A DNA stretch of 33,695 nt from contig JAJZHR010000001.1 in NCBI GenBank assembly GCA_021810815.1, positions 1 through 33,695 on the forward strand. Direction: 5' to 3'. The stretch is from Acidobacteriota bacterium (lineage in GTDB: Bacteria; Acidobacteriota; Terriglobia; Terriglobales; Acidobacteriaceae). This document shows positions 9,024-17,020 of the stretch, in pieces. The translations under genes were made by a program, and so were the position numbers. The notes below the pieces were generated by a model. The model ran no database searches and was not told where the DNA came from. It was given only the letters and a program-made list of their open reading frames with translations. Position 1 is the first letter of the stretch. Each line of letters opens with the position of its first letter.

Positions 9024-9251
9024 ATGAAAGTTCGCATCCTCATCTCGATCGCAGGCAATGCAGAACCGATGTACGATCTGCCAGACTTTTCCTTCGCTCC
9101 CGGCGAAACGCTCGATCTGCATGACACGCTGGCCCAGCACTGGATCAACGCTGGCCACGCTGAATCGGTTCAAGAATTGTCGAAAAAGGGACGGAAAGCT
9201 GCCGCCGCTGCCGCGCCCGAGCTGCTCGCCATCGTCGAAGGACAGGAGTAG
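9024..9251 (+). CDS. Hypothetical small head-module protein
   Basis: 75-aa ORF between the capsid and connector genes, with an SD-like GGAGAC upstream. Confidence 0.5.
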   Translation: MKVRILISIAGNAEPMYDLPDFSFAPGETLDLHDTLAQHWINAGHAESVQELSKKGRKAAAAAAPELLAIVEGQE

Positions 9252-9254
9252 CCC

Positions 9255-10085
9255 GTGGGACTGCGCACCCTCATCGAACCCGCGTCCGAGCCGGTATCGG
9301 CGGCCCAGTTGGCGCAGTTCCTCCGCGTCGATCAGAACGCCGACGCGGACATGATCGCCGCGCTCGGCCTCTCTGCGCGCCGCTGGTGCGAGGAATACAC
9401 CAAGCGCCGCTTCATCTCGCAGACCGTCCGCCTCACGCTCGACTTCTTCCCCGGCTTCATCGATTCGCGCATCACCGGGTCGAACTTCGCCACGCCGCTC
9501 ATCGGTGGTTCCACGGCTCTGCTCGCGGGCATTCGCTACGCGATCATCCTGCCCTTCCCGCCCGTCAGCTCCGTGGTCCAGCTCGCGTACATCGATGTTG
9601 AGGGCAATCCGCAGACCCTCAACCCTGCGACGCAATACGAGCAGGATCTCGTATCGCAGCCCGCGCGCCTCGCTCCCACCTTCGGCCAGGTGTGGCCAGT
9701 CGCTCGCGTCGTCACCAACGCAGTCACCGTCGATTTCGTCGCCGGATACGGTGGCAATGCGACCTTCTCGCTTGGCGTGGGCCCCGGAGCGGTCACATCC
9801 GGCTATACGTTCCTGCCCACCGACGTTGGCAGGCCGATCACCGTCGGCGCGGTGTCCACGACGGTCGCCACGGTCGATGCGGGCAGCAATGCCACCCTCG
9901 CGGCTCCGCTCACTGTGCCCTTCGTGAACGGCGCGGCCTATCTCGGCGCGCCTGTGCCGCCCAACATCTGCACCGCGATCCTCTTCCTCGCGCGCTACTG
10001 GTACGACCTGGGCAACGTCGAGGCCGCGAGCATTCCCGATGTCGTCCAATCGCTGCTTTCGCCCTACAGGGACCTGCGGATATGA
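9255..10085 (+). CDS. Head-tail connector protein, gp6-like N-terminal domain with a long C-terminal extension
   Basis: GTG start. N-terminal SAAQLAQFLRVDQNADADMIAALGLSARRWCEEYTKRRF matches the gp6-like (Phage_connect_1) pattern. At 276 aa it is about 2.5 times the usual size. Confidence 0.65.
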   Translation: MGLRTLIEPASEPVSAAQLAQFLRVDQNADADMIAALGLSARRWCEEYTKRRFISQTVRLTLDFFPGFIDSRITGSNFATPLIGGSTALLAGIRYAIILPFPPVSSVVQLAYIDVEGNPQTLNPATQYEQDLVSQPARLAPTFGQVWPVARVVTNAVTVDFVAGYGGNATFSLGVGPGAVTSGYTFLPTDVGRPITVGAVSTTVATVDAGSNATLAAPLTVPFVNGAAYLGAPVPPNICTAILFLARYWYDLGNVEAASIPDVVQSLLSPYRDLRI

Positions 10086-10432
10086 CAGCGAAGGGAGCCG
10101 GCATCGCCATCAACGCTTCGCGCCTGCGCCACCAGATCACCATCCAGCAGCAGACGGCCACCACCGACGCATCGGGAGCCGCGCTCGCATGGACGGTGCT
10201 GATGACGATATGGGCGGAGATCACCGTCCTGCGCGGCACCGACGCATGGCGCGGCGGCCAGTTCACCGCTCAGAAGTTCGCCCAGGTCACCATGCGCTAC
10301 CAGCCTGGCATCCTGCCGGACATGCGCGTGCTCTTCGGCAGCCGGATCTTCATCGTGCAGGATTGCGTCAACGTCGAAGAGCGGAATGTGCGCCTCGAAT
10401 TGCTCTGCGTCGAGCTTGACGGCCAGGCATAG
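10082..10432 (+). CDS. Head-tail adaptor / head closure protein (SPP1 gp16-like)
   Basis: ATGA overlap with the upstream stop. LRHQITIQQQ, WTVLMTIWAEI, RIFIVQDCVNVEERN and LELLCVE fit the Phage_H_T_join pattern. Confidence 0.75.
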   Translation: MTAKGAGIAINASRLRHQITIQQQTATTDASGAALAWTVLMTIWAEITVLRGTDAWRGGQFTAQKFAQVTMRYQPGILPDMRVLFGSRIFIVQDCVNVEERNVRLELLCVELDGQA

Positions 10433-10455
10433 ATACGGAAAAAAGGAGGTTTGAC

Positions 10456-10932
10456 ATGGGAGTCCAGGATGTCGAAATCGTAGGCCTCGAAGACCTCGAA
10501 CGCCGCATGACCGAGTTCGCGCCTCAATTCAACCGTGCCTGCATCCGCAGGGGCGTCGATGCTGGCGCTGCCGTGCTGGTCGGCGCCGCCAAGGGCTTCG
10601 CTCCCACGCTCAAGCCCCATACATCGACGAGCAAGCGGGAGCCAGGCGAGCTGCGCGACGCCATCGAGGCCATCCCTGATCCCGTCGATGCCAACAATCC
10701 CAGCCGCACCGGCAGCACCGTCTCGCCCACCTACACGAAGTCCGATGGCCCTGACTCGCCGGGCGTCTGGGGAAAATTCGTCGAATACGGAAGCGTCCAC
10801 AATCCCCAGCCGGAGCCGTTCCTGCGTCCCGCCATCGACGGCTCCGGCATGGAGGCCATCGATGTCTGCATCGCTGAGGTCGGCGCGGCCCTGGGCATGA
10901 TGGCGGAAGCACCCGCGCAGGAGGCCGCATGA
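10456..10932 (+). CDS. HK97 gp10-family neck / tail-completion protein
   Basis: FVEYGSVHNPQPEPFLRPAID is the typical HK97 gp10-like signature. AAGGAGG lies upstream. Confidence 0.7.
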   Translation: MGVQDVEIVGLEDLERRMTEFAPQFNRACIRRGVDAGAAVLVGAAKGFAPTLKPHTSTSKREPGELRDAIEAIPDPVDANNPSRTGSTVSPTYTKSDGPDSPGVWGKFVEYGSVHNPQPEPFLRPAIDGSGMEAIDVCIAEVGAALGMMAEAPAQEAA

Positions 10933-11327
10933 TCGAGGCTGGAATCGTCGCCCTCGCGCAGGCCGACGCCGGCGTCAAGGCGCTCTGCCCGGTCGGCGGC
11001 TTCTGCGCCACGCTGCCCAAGGGGGCGATCCTGCCGAGCTGGACCTATCTCGTCGTCTCGCGCGTGCCGGACTACACGCTCTCCGGCCGCAACAAGCTCA
11101 CCATGACGCGCCTGCAGATCGACTGCTTCGGCCAGTCGGCAGCCGATGCCATCAACCTATCCGAGGCCATCCGCGAAGTCCTCTCCGGCTATCAGGGAAC
11201 GCTCCCCGACGCCGACGCCACCGTGGTCCAGGCGGCGTTCCACACCGACACGGTTGACTTCTTCGACGATCTGGCGCGCACCAGCCGCCGCATGATCGAG
11301 TTCGAGATCCACTTCTCCCAGCCGTAA
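10929..11327 (+). CDS. Tail terminator / tail completion protein (DUF3168-like)
   Basis: 132 aa with ATGA overlap. Its position immediately upstream of the major tail gene and the TMTRLQIDCFG pattern support the call. Confidence 0.55.
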   Translation: MIEAGIVALAQADAGVKALCPVGGFCATLPKGAILPSWTYLVVSRVPDYTLSGRNKLTMTRLQIDCFGQSAADAINLSEAIREVLSGYQGTLPDADATVVQAAFHTDTVDFFDDLARTSRRMIEFEIHFSQP

Positions 11328-11385
11328 GGCTGCGATCCGATTTTATGCACCAACCATCTCAACCAATTCTCAAGGAGTCCAACCC

Positions 11386-11853
11386 ATGCCACTTCCCAGC
11401 ACCAACGTCACTCCCACCGCGGCCCAGGTAGGCTACGGCGCGGCATTCTCCGTCGGCACAGGCTTGCCGGGTGCTTATGTCTACACCCAGATCGCCGAAG
11501 TCAAAGACATCAAACCCAGCGGCTTCACCGTCGGCGAAGAGGACGTCACCACGCTCGGCTCGCCCAGCGCCACCCGCGAATTCGTTCCCACCCTGGTCGA
11601 GGGGGGCACCGTCGAGATCTCCGGCAACTACATCGCCGATACCACCCAGACGCAGCTCGAAACCCTCGCAAAAGCCCGCACCATCTTCCCGTTCCAGTTC
11701 GCGTTCCCGCTCTCCACCAGCAAGAACGTCACTCGCAGCGGCCTCTGCTTCATCACCAAGCTCGCCCCCGGAGCGGACATCGTCGCAGACAAGGCTCCGG
11801 CCTTCAACTGCACGATGCGCATCACCGGCGTCGAGACCGAGGTCATCGCCTAA
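11386..11853 (+). CDS. Major tail (tube) protein
   Basis: 155 aa, between the tail terminator and the chaperones. EVKDIKPSGFTVGEEDVTTLGS and FVPTLVEGGTVEISGNY resemble TP901-1/lambda V-type tube proteins. Confidence 0.7.
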   Translation: MPLPSTNVTPTAAQVGYGAAFSVGTGLPGAYVYTQIAEVKDIKPSGFTVGEEDVTTLGSPSATREFVPTLVEGGTVEISGNYIADTTQTQLETLAKARTIFPFQFAFPLSTSKNVTRSGLCFITKLAPGADIVADKAPAFNCTMRITGVETEVIA

Positions 11854-11930
11854 AACGTAAATCGAGACATAACCCAACCGCGAGCAACAACCAGCCTGCG
11901 CCCGAAACGAAGAAAATCGAAAGGAGCACC

Positions 11931-12203
11931 ATGCCAGAGAATCCAGTCGTCCGCGCCAAGTTCACCGTCACCCACCACGAAGTTCTCCACTACCAGAGCG
12001 GCGATCCGCACGTCACCGTACACCTGCAGCCCCGCTGCGAATCGTCCATCCCGGAGGACAAGCGCTTCGCGGCAGCCACGCCCAGCGGCGAACTCAAGAT
12101 GTACATCACCAACAAGAGCGCCATCGAGCACCTCAAGCCGGGAAGGGCCTTCTACCTCGACTTCATCCCGGTGCCGGAAGGCGTCTCCCCGTACCACAGC
12201 TAG
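11931..12203 (+). CDS. Hypothetical small tail-module protein
   Basis: 90-aa ORF with AAAGGAG upstream and a coding-like composition. No family was recognised. Confidence 0.5.
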   Translation: MPENPVVRAKFTVTHHEVLHYQSGDPHVTVHLQPRCESSIPEDKRFAAATPSGELKMYITNKSAIEHLKPGRAFYLDFIPVPEGVSPYHS

Positions 12204-12273
12204 ATGTGCCAACGCGGGTCCGGGTGAGCATTCCCAGACCCGCAGCACTTCTCATCACCTGGAAAGGACCGCC

Positions 12274-12666
12274 ATGAAGAAGCCAGCCGCCAAAGAATTT
12301 GATCGTCTTGAGGCAACCGAGATGCTCGCCAAAGCCGCCAAGATCACTGTCGAGGGCCGCGAATACAAACTTGTCATCACCAATGGCTGCCTGATCGAGT
12401 TCGAGCAGCTCACCGGGATCAGCACCATTACCGAGAGCGAGAAAATCCTTCGCAACCCATCGCGCCACGCGCTCATCGCGATGTTCTATGTGCTGCTGAA
12501 GAACGCGGGCGCGAGCTACCTGCAAAGCGAGGTCGAGCAGCTCGTGACCGCGAAGAACCTGCCTCGCGTCTTCGAGACCATCGCGGCCGCATGGTCTCTA
12601 TCCATGGCTCAGGAGGAGGAGCGGAATGACCCTATCGTGCCCGCGACAGCGATCAAGCCGCGCTGA
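12274..12666 (+). CDS. Tail assembly chaperone (gpG / GTA g10-like)
   Basis: 130 aa, upstream of the tape measure gene. ITVEGREYKLVITNGCLIEFEQLTG resembles GTA-type chaperones. Confidence 0.65.
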   Translation: MKKPAAKEFDRLEATEMLAKAAKITVEGREYKLVITNGCLIEFEQLTGISTITESEKILRNPSRHALIAMFYVLLKNAGASYLQSEVEQLVTAKNLPRVFETIAAAWSLSMAQEEERNDPIVPATAIKPR

Positions 12667-12695
12667 CGTGGGTCAATCTGTGGGCGGCGGCGCGA

Positions 12696-13004
12696 GTGCA
12701 TGTAGGCCTTGCGTGGGAAGAGTGGATAGGAATGACGCCCGGCATGTGCTCCGAGCTGGAGCGATGCGTGCGGATGCGTTTCCGCCGCGAGGAAGCCATC
12801 GCGGGTGTCCTCGCCAGCGCCATCGCCAACTTCTCAGCGCATCCTCCCAAGAATCCTCTGGGGCCGAGCGATTTCTTCGCATCCATCGCCCCTCCGGAGC
12901 GCGAAGAAAAGCGCATGACCGGAGAGCAGATGCTGGCCGTCTTTGACCGCTGCGTCGGCGTGGAAAAGGCAGCGGGAAGACTGACAGTGACGGGTATGGT
13001 GTAA
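12696..13004 (+). CDS. Second tail chaperone ORF (gpT / GTA g10.1-like); may be made as a -1 frameshift fusion
   Basis: This ORF is in the -1 frame relative to 12274..12666. Its frame is open from 12630, giving a 37-nt overlap with the chaperone. LTWVNLWAAARVHVGLAWEEWIGMTPGMCSEL resembles the W..L..lGL.p.eFW.mTP.EL pattern of GTA g10.1-like proteins and begins upstream of the first GTG at 12696. Confidence 0.55.
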   Translation: MHVGLAWEEWIGMTPGMCSELERCVRMRFRREEAIAGVLASAIANFSAHPPKNPLGPSDFFASIAPPEREEKRMTGEQMLAVFDRCVGVEKAAGRLTVTGMV

Positions 13005-13014
13005 TCTGGCGGGC

Positions 13015-13632
13015 ATGGACGGCGGATCGATTGCAGTGATGGTTGTTCTTGTCCTGATCGCTTTGGCGCTGCTGGCGGCTCTCGTCAGGTCGGCTGGCGA
13101 GAGAGGTCAGCGGAATGCGGAGCGGTTCAATGATCGGGTGCCATTTTATGTCGCTCCGCGCCCGGATACTCCGCCCCCACCAGCGCATGAGCCGCTGCTC
13201 AGGCTGGCGGACCTCTGGCAGTTTCGCGCTGCCGGCATCGCGTATGAAAGTCGCAACGGGAACGTCTCGCGGAGTTCGATTGCGCGCGAGCTGAAGCCCG
13301 GCATGAGTCTTCGCCTGCGGCGGGAGCCGCAGAACGAGTTCGACCCCGATGCCATCGCCATCTATCCAGTGGAGCTGGAGGGCGGTGCCGACCTGGACAT
13401 GGCTTTCGTCCCCAAGGCCGTCGCCGCTCTCATCGCCCCGCTGATGGACCGCTATGCGGTGATGGAAGCGCATGTGATGAAGGTGGTGCTCAACGGCCCG
13501 CACGACCATTTCGTGCACGTCTACGTCGAGGTGCGCATGACCGCGCCGCCAGAGCCGCTGCCGCCGAAGCCGCCCAGGGTGAGGCGGAAAAAACTCGCAG
13601 CGGACGAAACGCGGAAAGAGGTCGAAGCATGA
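13015..13632 (+). CDS. Membrane-anchored HIRAN-domain protein (moron)
   Basis: N-terminal TM IAVMVVLVLIALALLAALV is followed by Arg residues, so the C-terminus is predicted cytoplasmic. AAGIAYESRNG, LKPGMSLRLRREPQNEFDPDAIAI and FVPKAVAALIAPLMD fit the HIRAN pattern. The tail is Pro/Lys-rich. Confidence 0.65.
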   Translation: MDGGSIAVMVVLVLIALALLAALVRSAGERGQRNAERFNDRVPFYVAPRPDTPPPPAHEPLLRLADLWQFRAAGIAYESRNGNVSRSSIARELKPGMSLRLRREPQNEFDPDAIAIYPVELEGGADLDMAFVPKAVAALIAPLMDRYAVMEAHVMKVVLNGPHDHFVHVYVEVRMTAPPEPLPPKPPRVRRKKLAADETRKEVEA

Positions 13633-14297
13633 ATAAGCGGTGGTGGTTGATCGGGATCGGCGTTGCCTTGGCCGGTGTTGGCCTCTATGTCGCAGCGGAA
13701 AGCGCGAAGGAGACGCAGACTAGGGCTGGCGAGGCGAGTGTGGCTTTCCGCGCGGAGCAGGAGCGGACGAACGCCGAACTGGACGTGACAAACGATAAGT
13801 TGGAAGAGGACATCGAGCGGGACGGAAGGCAGATGGGCGAAGAGTACGGCCCTGCGGCGCGCTGGATTGTCAGTGAGCAGAAAGACGAGTTGCGGGGCAA
13901 GGTCGAGAGCCTTTCGCTTGATGGCGGCGCGCTCGTCGTGCATTGCCTGCCTGTTTTCGCGGGAGAGTTGAAACCGCCTTTCCGAATGGCTGCCAGTCAG
14001 GCCGACGGGGAGGAGGTGCGCTATAGGATCGACAATGGAAAGATTCAGCTTGCGACATTGGCTGTATCGGGCGACGCCAGCGCGCTCATTGTTCCCGAGG
14101 CCATGCTGAAAGTGTTCGCGCAATCGAAGAAGGCGGTCCTGGAGTACGAGCCGGTAGGGCAGCAAGAGGTTTTGGACCTGACCGGACTTGGCCAGGCAGA
14201 GCGCGAAGCTGGCTGTCCGCAGGCCCCGCAAGTAGCCAAGGCGAAGCCGAGAATGACGGATGATGGAAGAGTGATAAGCGATTTCAATTTGCGCTGA
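13629..14297 (+). CDS. Membrane-anchored protein with coiled coil and an unknown C-terminal domain (moron partner)
   Basis: ATGA overlap with the HIRAN gene. MNKRWWLIGIGVALAGVGLYVAA has KR before the TM, so the C-terminus is predicted periplasmic. It continues with an acidic coiled coil and a beta-rich region. 222 aa, no family recognised. Confidence 0.55.
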   Translation: MNKRWWLIGIGVALAGVGLYVAAESAKETQTRAGEASVAFRAEQERTNAELDVTNDKLEEDIERDGRQMGEEYGPAARWIVSEQKDELRGKVESLSLDGGALVVHCLPVFAGELKPPFRMAASQADGEEVRYRIDNGKIQLATLAVSGDASALIVPEAMLKVFAQSKKAVLEYEPVGQQEVLDLTGLGQAEREAGCPQAPQVAKAKPRMTDDGRVISDFNLR

Positions 14298-14326
14298 TGC
14301 GAAGCTGAGTGCTGGATGTGAATCAG

Positions 14327-14356
14327 AGCCGCCCAACCGGGCGGCTTTTGTGTTTT
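14327..14356 (+). terminator. Rho-independent terminator
   Basis: 8-bp GC-rich stem agccgccc/gggcggct with loop aacc, followed by ttttgtgtttt. It lies 30 nt after the 14297 stop and 17 nt before the tape measure start. Confidence 0.8.
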
Positions 14357-14372
14357 CAAAAGGAGCAAGATC

Positions 14373-16979
14373 ATGGGCGGAAGCAAGCGGGTAGGCTCGG
14401 CGCACATCGAATTCAGCGCGCGCACAGCCAAGGTCATCTCCGGCATGGAAGAGGCCAAGGTCGCGACGCGCAAAGCCGCGCTGCAGATGAAATCCGACAT
14501 CCATGAGGCGCAGGGTTCGATCGCCGTGTTGGGTGAGGAGATTGGTGTGCATCTGCCGCGCCACGTCCAGCGTTTCGTGGCTGCGATTCCCGGCATCGCG
14601 CCCGCGCTCTCGGCCGCATTCAGCGCAGTCGCCATCATCTCGATCGGAAAAGCCATCTTCGAGGTCGGAGACAAAATCTACGACACCTTCCAGAAGGCAA
14701 AAGAGGCGCAGGCGAAGGCTGCCGAAGCAAGCTCGGCCTTCCAGCAGCAGCAGCACCTGTCGAATATGGAGCTGGCGGTCGCCAACGACAGGATCGCTTC
14801 TGCCATTGCCAAGCTGGAGAGGAAGCCGGTCAATGGCCTGAAGATGGCCATCGACGAAGCACTGCTCGAACTGGAAAAGTTCGGCAGGGAGATGGACAAA
14901 ACCTTCGCCGAAATGCGCGGCCAGATCAAGGAAATGCAGGCCCCGTGGTACCAGAGGGTCACCGGCACCCAGGGCAACGGCGCTGTGCTGAAGCAGGCCG
15001 ACGACTACAAGGCCGCGCTCGATGACATCAACAGGCAAGAAGAGCGCTCCATCGCGCTCGCCAGAACGCAGGCGGAGGTCGAGGCCGTCCGCAACCGGGC
15101 GATGCAGCAACGGGTCGATGCGGCTGCGAAGGCCAAAAAAGAAATCGGCGATGAAATCTCGCTGCTTCAGCAGCTCAACTCCCTCAAGGGCGCAGGGGCA
15201 GACATGGGCGATGCAACGCTGGCCCAGAATGCGCAATACCAGAACGTTCTTATCGATCTCCACCAGAAGATGGGGCCCAGCGCAAGGCTCGACCGCAACC
15301 AGGCGAGCGTCCAGCAGGGAATGCAGGTTCTATACAACGAAATCGGCAATCAGGAGCAAGGTTTTAGCGAGCGGCAGCAGAATCGAGCGCTTGAAAATCG
15401 CAAGCAGCAGGACGAAGATGCCAAGGCGATGCTGTCTCAGAAAAAGCAGGAGGCGGCTGAGGCGAAGCGCGCCCAGCAGGAGGCGGATCGACAGCAGATG
15501 GATGGATTCCGGCAGCGCCTGGAAGCGATGCGTGCTCGCGGGATGCAGAGCGTGCAGGCGGAGCACCTCTTCTGGCTGACGATGCAGGCCACGACGCGGC
15601 GCGGATCGAAGAATTGGGAGGCGACGCAGGCTCTGGCGCAAGCGGCGCAGGCCGAGTTCATGAAGTCGCTTGCCGCGCAGGACAAAGCAATGGCCGCCGA
15701 GAAAGCCAAAGCCGACGCCGGTGCCGCCAAAGTCTCCGTCATGTTCGCGGCGGAGAACGCCAAGGCGGCCGCCGAGCAGATCAGCGATGCGCAGAAGCTC
15801 CAGCAGATCCATCAGGGAACCATCGACAAGCTGGCCGAGCTGCAGATCGGCTACCAGAGGACGATGGGCACGATCAGCGACTATGTTGCGGAGCAGCGCC
15901 TGGCCGCCATCGCCGAGCGCGGGAACCGCGACGCCATGGCGGACATCGACGCGCAGCTCAGGCGCGTGCGCGCGGATGGCACCCGCGCCGTCGAGGAGCA
16001 GCGCAAGGAGATCGCCAAGTACGAGCAGGAGAAAGCCGCGCTGCAGGGCAGGATCGACATCGAGAAGATGAACACCCGGATCGCCAACTCTGAGGATTCG
16101 CTGCTCGGCGGCGTGCAGCAGCAGATGGCGCAGATGGTGGCCCAGGGGCTGGACACGGCCGAGCAGCTCCGCGAAATGTTCACCTCTGTCATCGGCGGAG
16201 CCAACGAGGAGATGGCGAAGGCCATCACCGGCCAGCGGACGAGCTGGAGCAAGATGGCCGCTGGCCTCGCCAATCAGGGAGCGACCAAGGTGCTCCAGAC
16301 CGGCGAGGCCGGAATCATGAAGCTCCTGCTGGGGCATGGAGCGAAGGGCAAGCGTGGCGAGAGCCGAGACAATCCGATGTATGTCAGTGAAGTCGCCTCG
16401 GCCGCCGGTGCGGCGCAAAGGGGAGCTGGCGGCCTGCTGGGCAAGCTGATGGGACATTTCGGCCTTGGCGGCGCGGCTGGACCCGCAGCTCAGCCTGCAG
16501 GCGGCTCGCAGGGAGGCGGTGCGGGGCCCATGGGCAGCTTGATGAGCGATTTCGGCCTTGGCGGCATGCAGCCGGCCGGCGGATCGCAGGATGGCATGGG
16601 CGGCCTGATGAATGGGATGTTCGGAGCCGTGACAGGGAATTCCGGCGGCAACTGGTGGAGCAATCTCGCCAGCATGTTCGTCCCCCACGCATCGGGCGGC
16701 CCCGTGTCCGCCAACACCGCCTATCTGGTGGGCGAGGGCGGCGGCCATCCGGAGGCTTTCTTCCCCGGCGTCAGCGGCACCATGGCCACCCATCATGCGC
16801 TGATGAGCGCCGTCGGCAATCGCGGCGGCAACCAGGTCCACTACCACATCGACGCGCGCGGCACCGACGCAGCCCAGGTCGAGATGCGCGTCCATCACGC
16901 CATCCGCGCGGCGCACCAGGACGCGATCCACAAAGCCGTGAAAGCGGTCCACGAAATCCACCGACGCACCGCCCACTGA
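14373..16979 (+). CDS. Tail tape measure protein
   Basis: 868 aa with AAGGAG upstream. Long Ala/Gln/Glu coiled-coil regions, a Gly/Met-rich segment and a C-terminal AYLVGEGGGHPEAFFPG motif are typical of tape measure proteins. Confidence 0.85.
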   Translation: MGGSKRVGSAHIEFSARTAKVISGMEEAKVATRKAALQMKSDIHEAQGSIAVLGEEIGVHLPRHVQRFVAAIPGIAPALSAAFSAVAIISIGKAIFEVGDKIYDTFQKAKEAQAKAAEASSAFQQQQHLSNMELAVANDRIASAIAKLERKPVNGLKMAIDEALLELEKFGREMDKTFAEMRGQIKEMQAPWYQRVTGTQGNGAVLKQADDYKAALDDINRQEERSIALARTQAEVEAVRNRAMQQRVDAAAKAKKEIGDEISLLQQLNSLKGAGADMGDATLAQNAQYQNVLIDLHQKMGPSARLDRNQASVQQGMQVLYNEIGNQEQGFSERQQNRALENRKQQDEDAKAMLSQKKQEAAEAKRAQQEADRQQMDGFRQRLEAMRARGMQSVQAEHLFWLTMQATTRRGSKNWEATQALAQAAQAEFMKSLAAQDKAMAAEKAKADAGAAKVSVMFAAENAKAAAEQISDAQKLQQIHQGTIDKLAELQIGYQRTMGTISDYVAEQRLAAIAERGNRDAMADIDAQLRRVRADGTRAVEEQRKEIAKYEQEKAALQGRIDIEKMNTRIANSEDSLLGGVQQQMAQMVAQGLDTAEQLREMFTSVIGGANEEMAKAITGQRTSWSKMAAGLANQGATKVLQTGEAGIMKLLLGHGAKGKRGESRDNPMYVSEVASAAGAAQRGAGGLLGKLMGHFGLGGAAGPAAQPAGGSQGGGAGPMGSLMSDFGLGGMQPAGGSQDGMGGLMNGMFGAVTGNSGGNWWSNLASMFVPHASGGPVSANTAYLVGEGGGHPEAFFPGVSGTMATHHALMSAVGNRGGNQVHYHIDARGTDAAQVEMRVHHAIRAAHQDAIHKAVKAVHEIHRRTAH

Positions 16980-17020
16980 CACTCTCGCCTCTTCCCATCG
17001 CACCCGAAAGGAAAAACACC

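Noticed and set aside
7805-9148. 447-aa ORF on the minus strand
   Set aside because: It is antisense to the well-supported HK97 capsid gene, and its Arg/Gly/Ala-rich composition is typical of shadow ORFs in high-GC DNA.
12626-12946. ORF 12626..12946 (+1 frame) as the second chaperone product
   Set aside because: Its translation is Arg-rich junk (MTLSCPRQRSSRADVG...). The -1 frame (12630..13004) has the conserved-looking W..LW..GL..EEW.GMTP pattern.
13521-17003. Long minus-strand ORFs (13521..15263, 580 aa; 15330..17003, 557 aa)
   Set aside because: They are antisense to the moron genes and the tape measure gene. They are Leu/Arg-rich with no motifs, so I read them as shadow ORFs.
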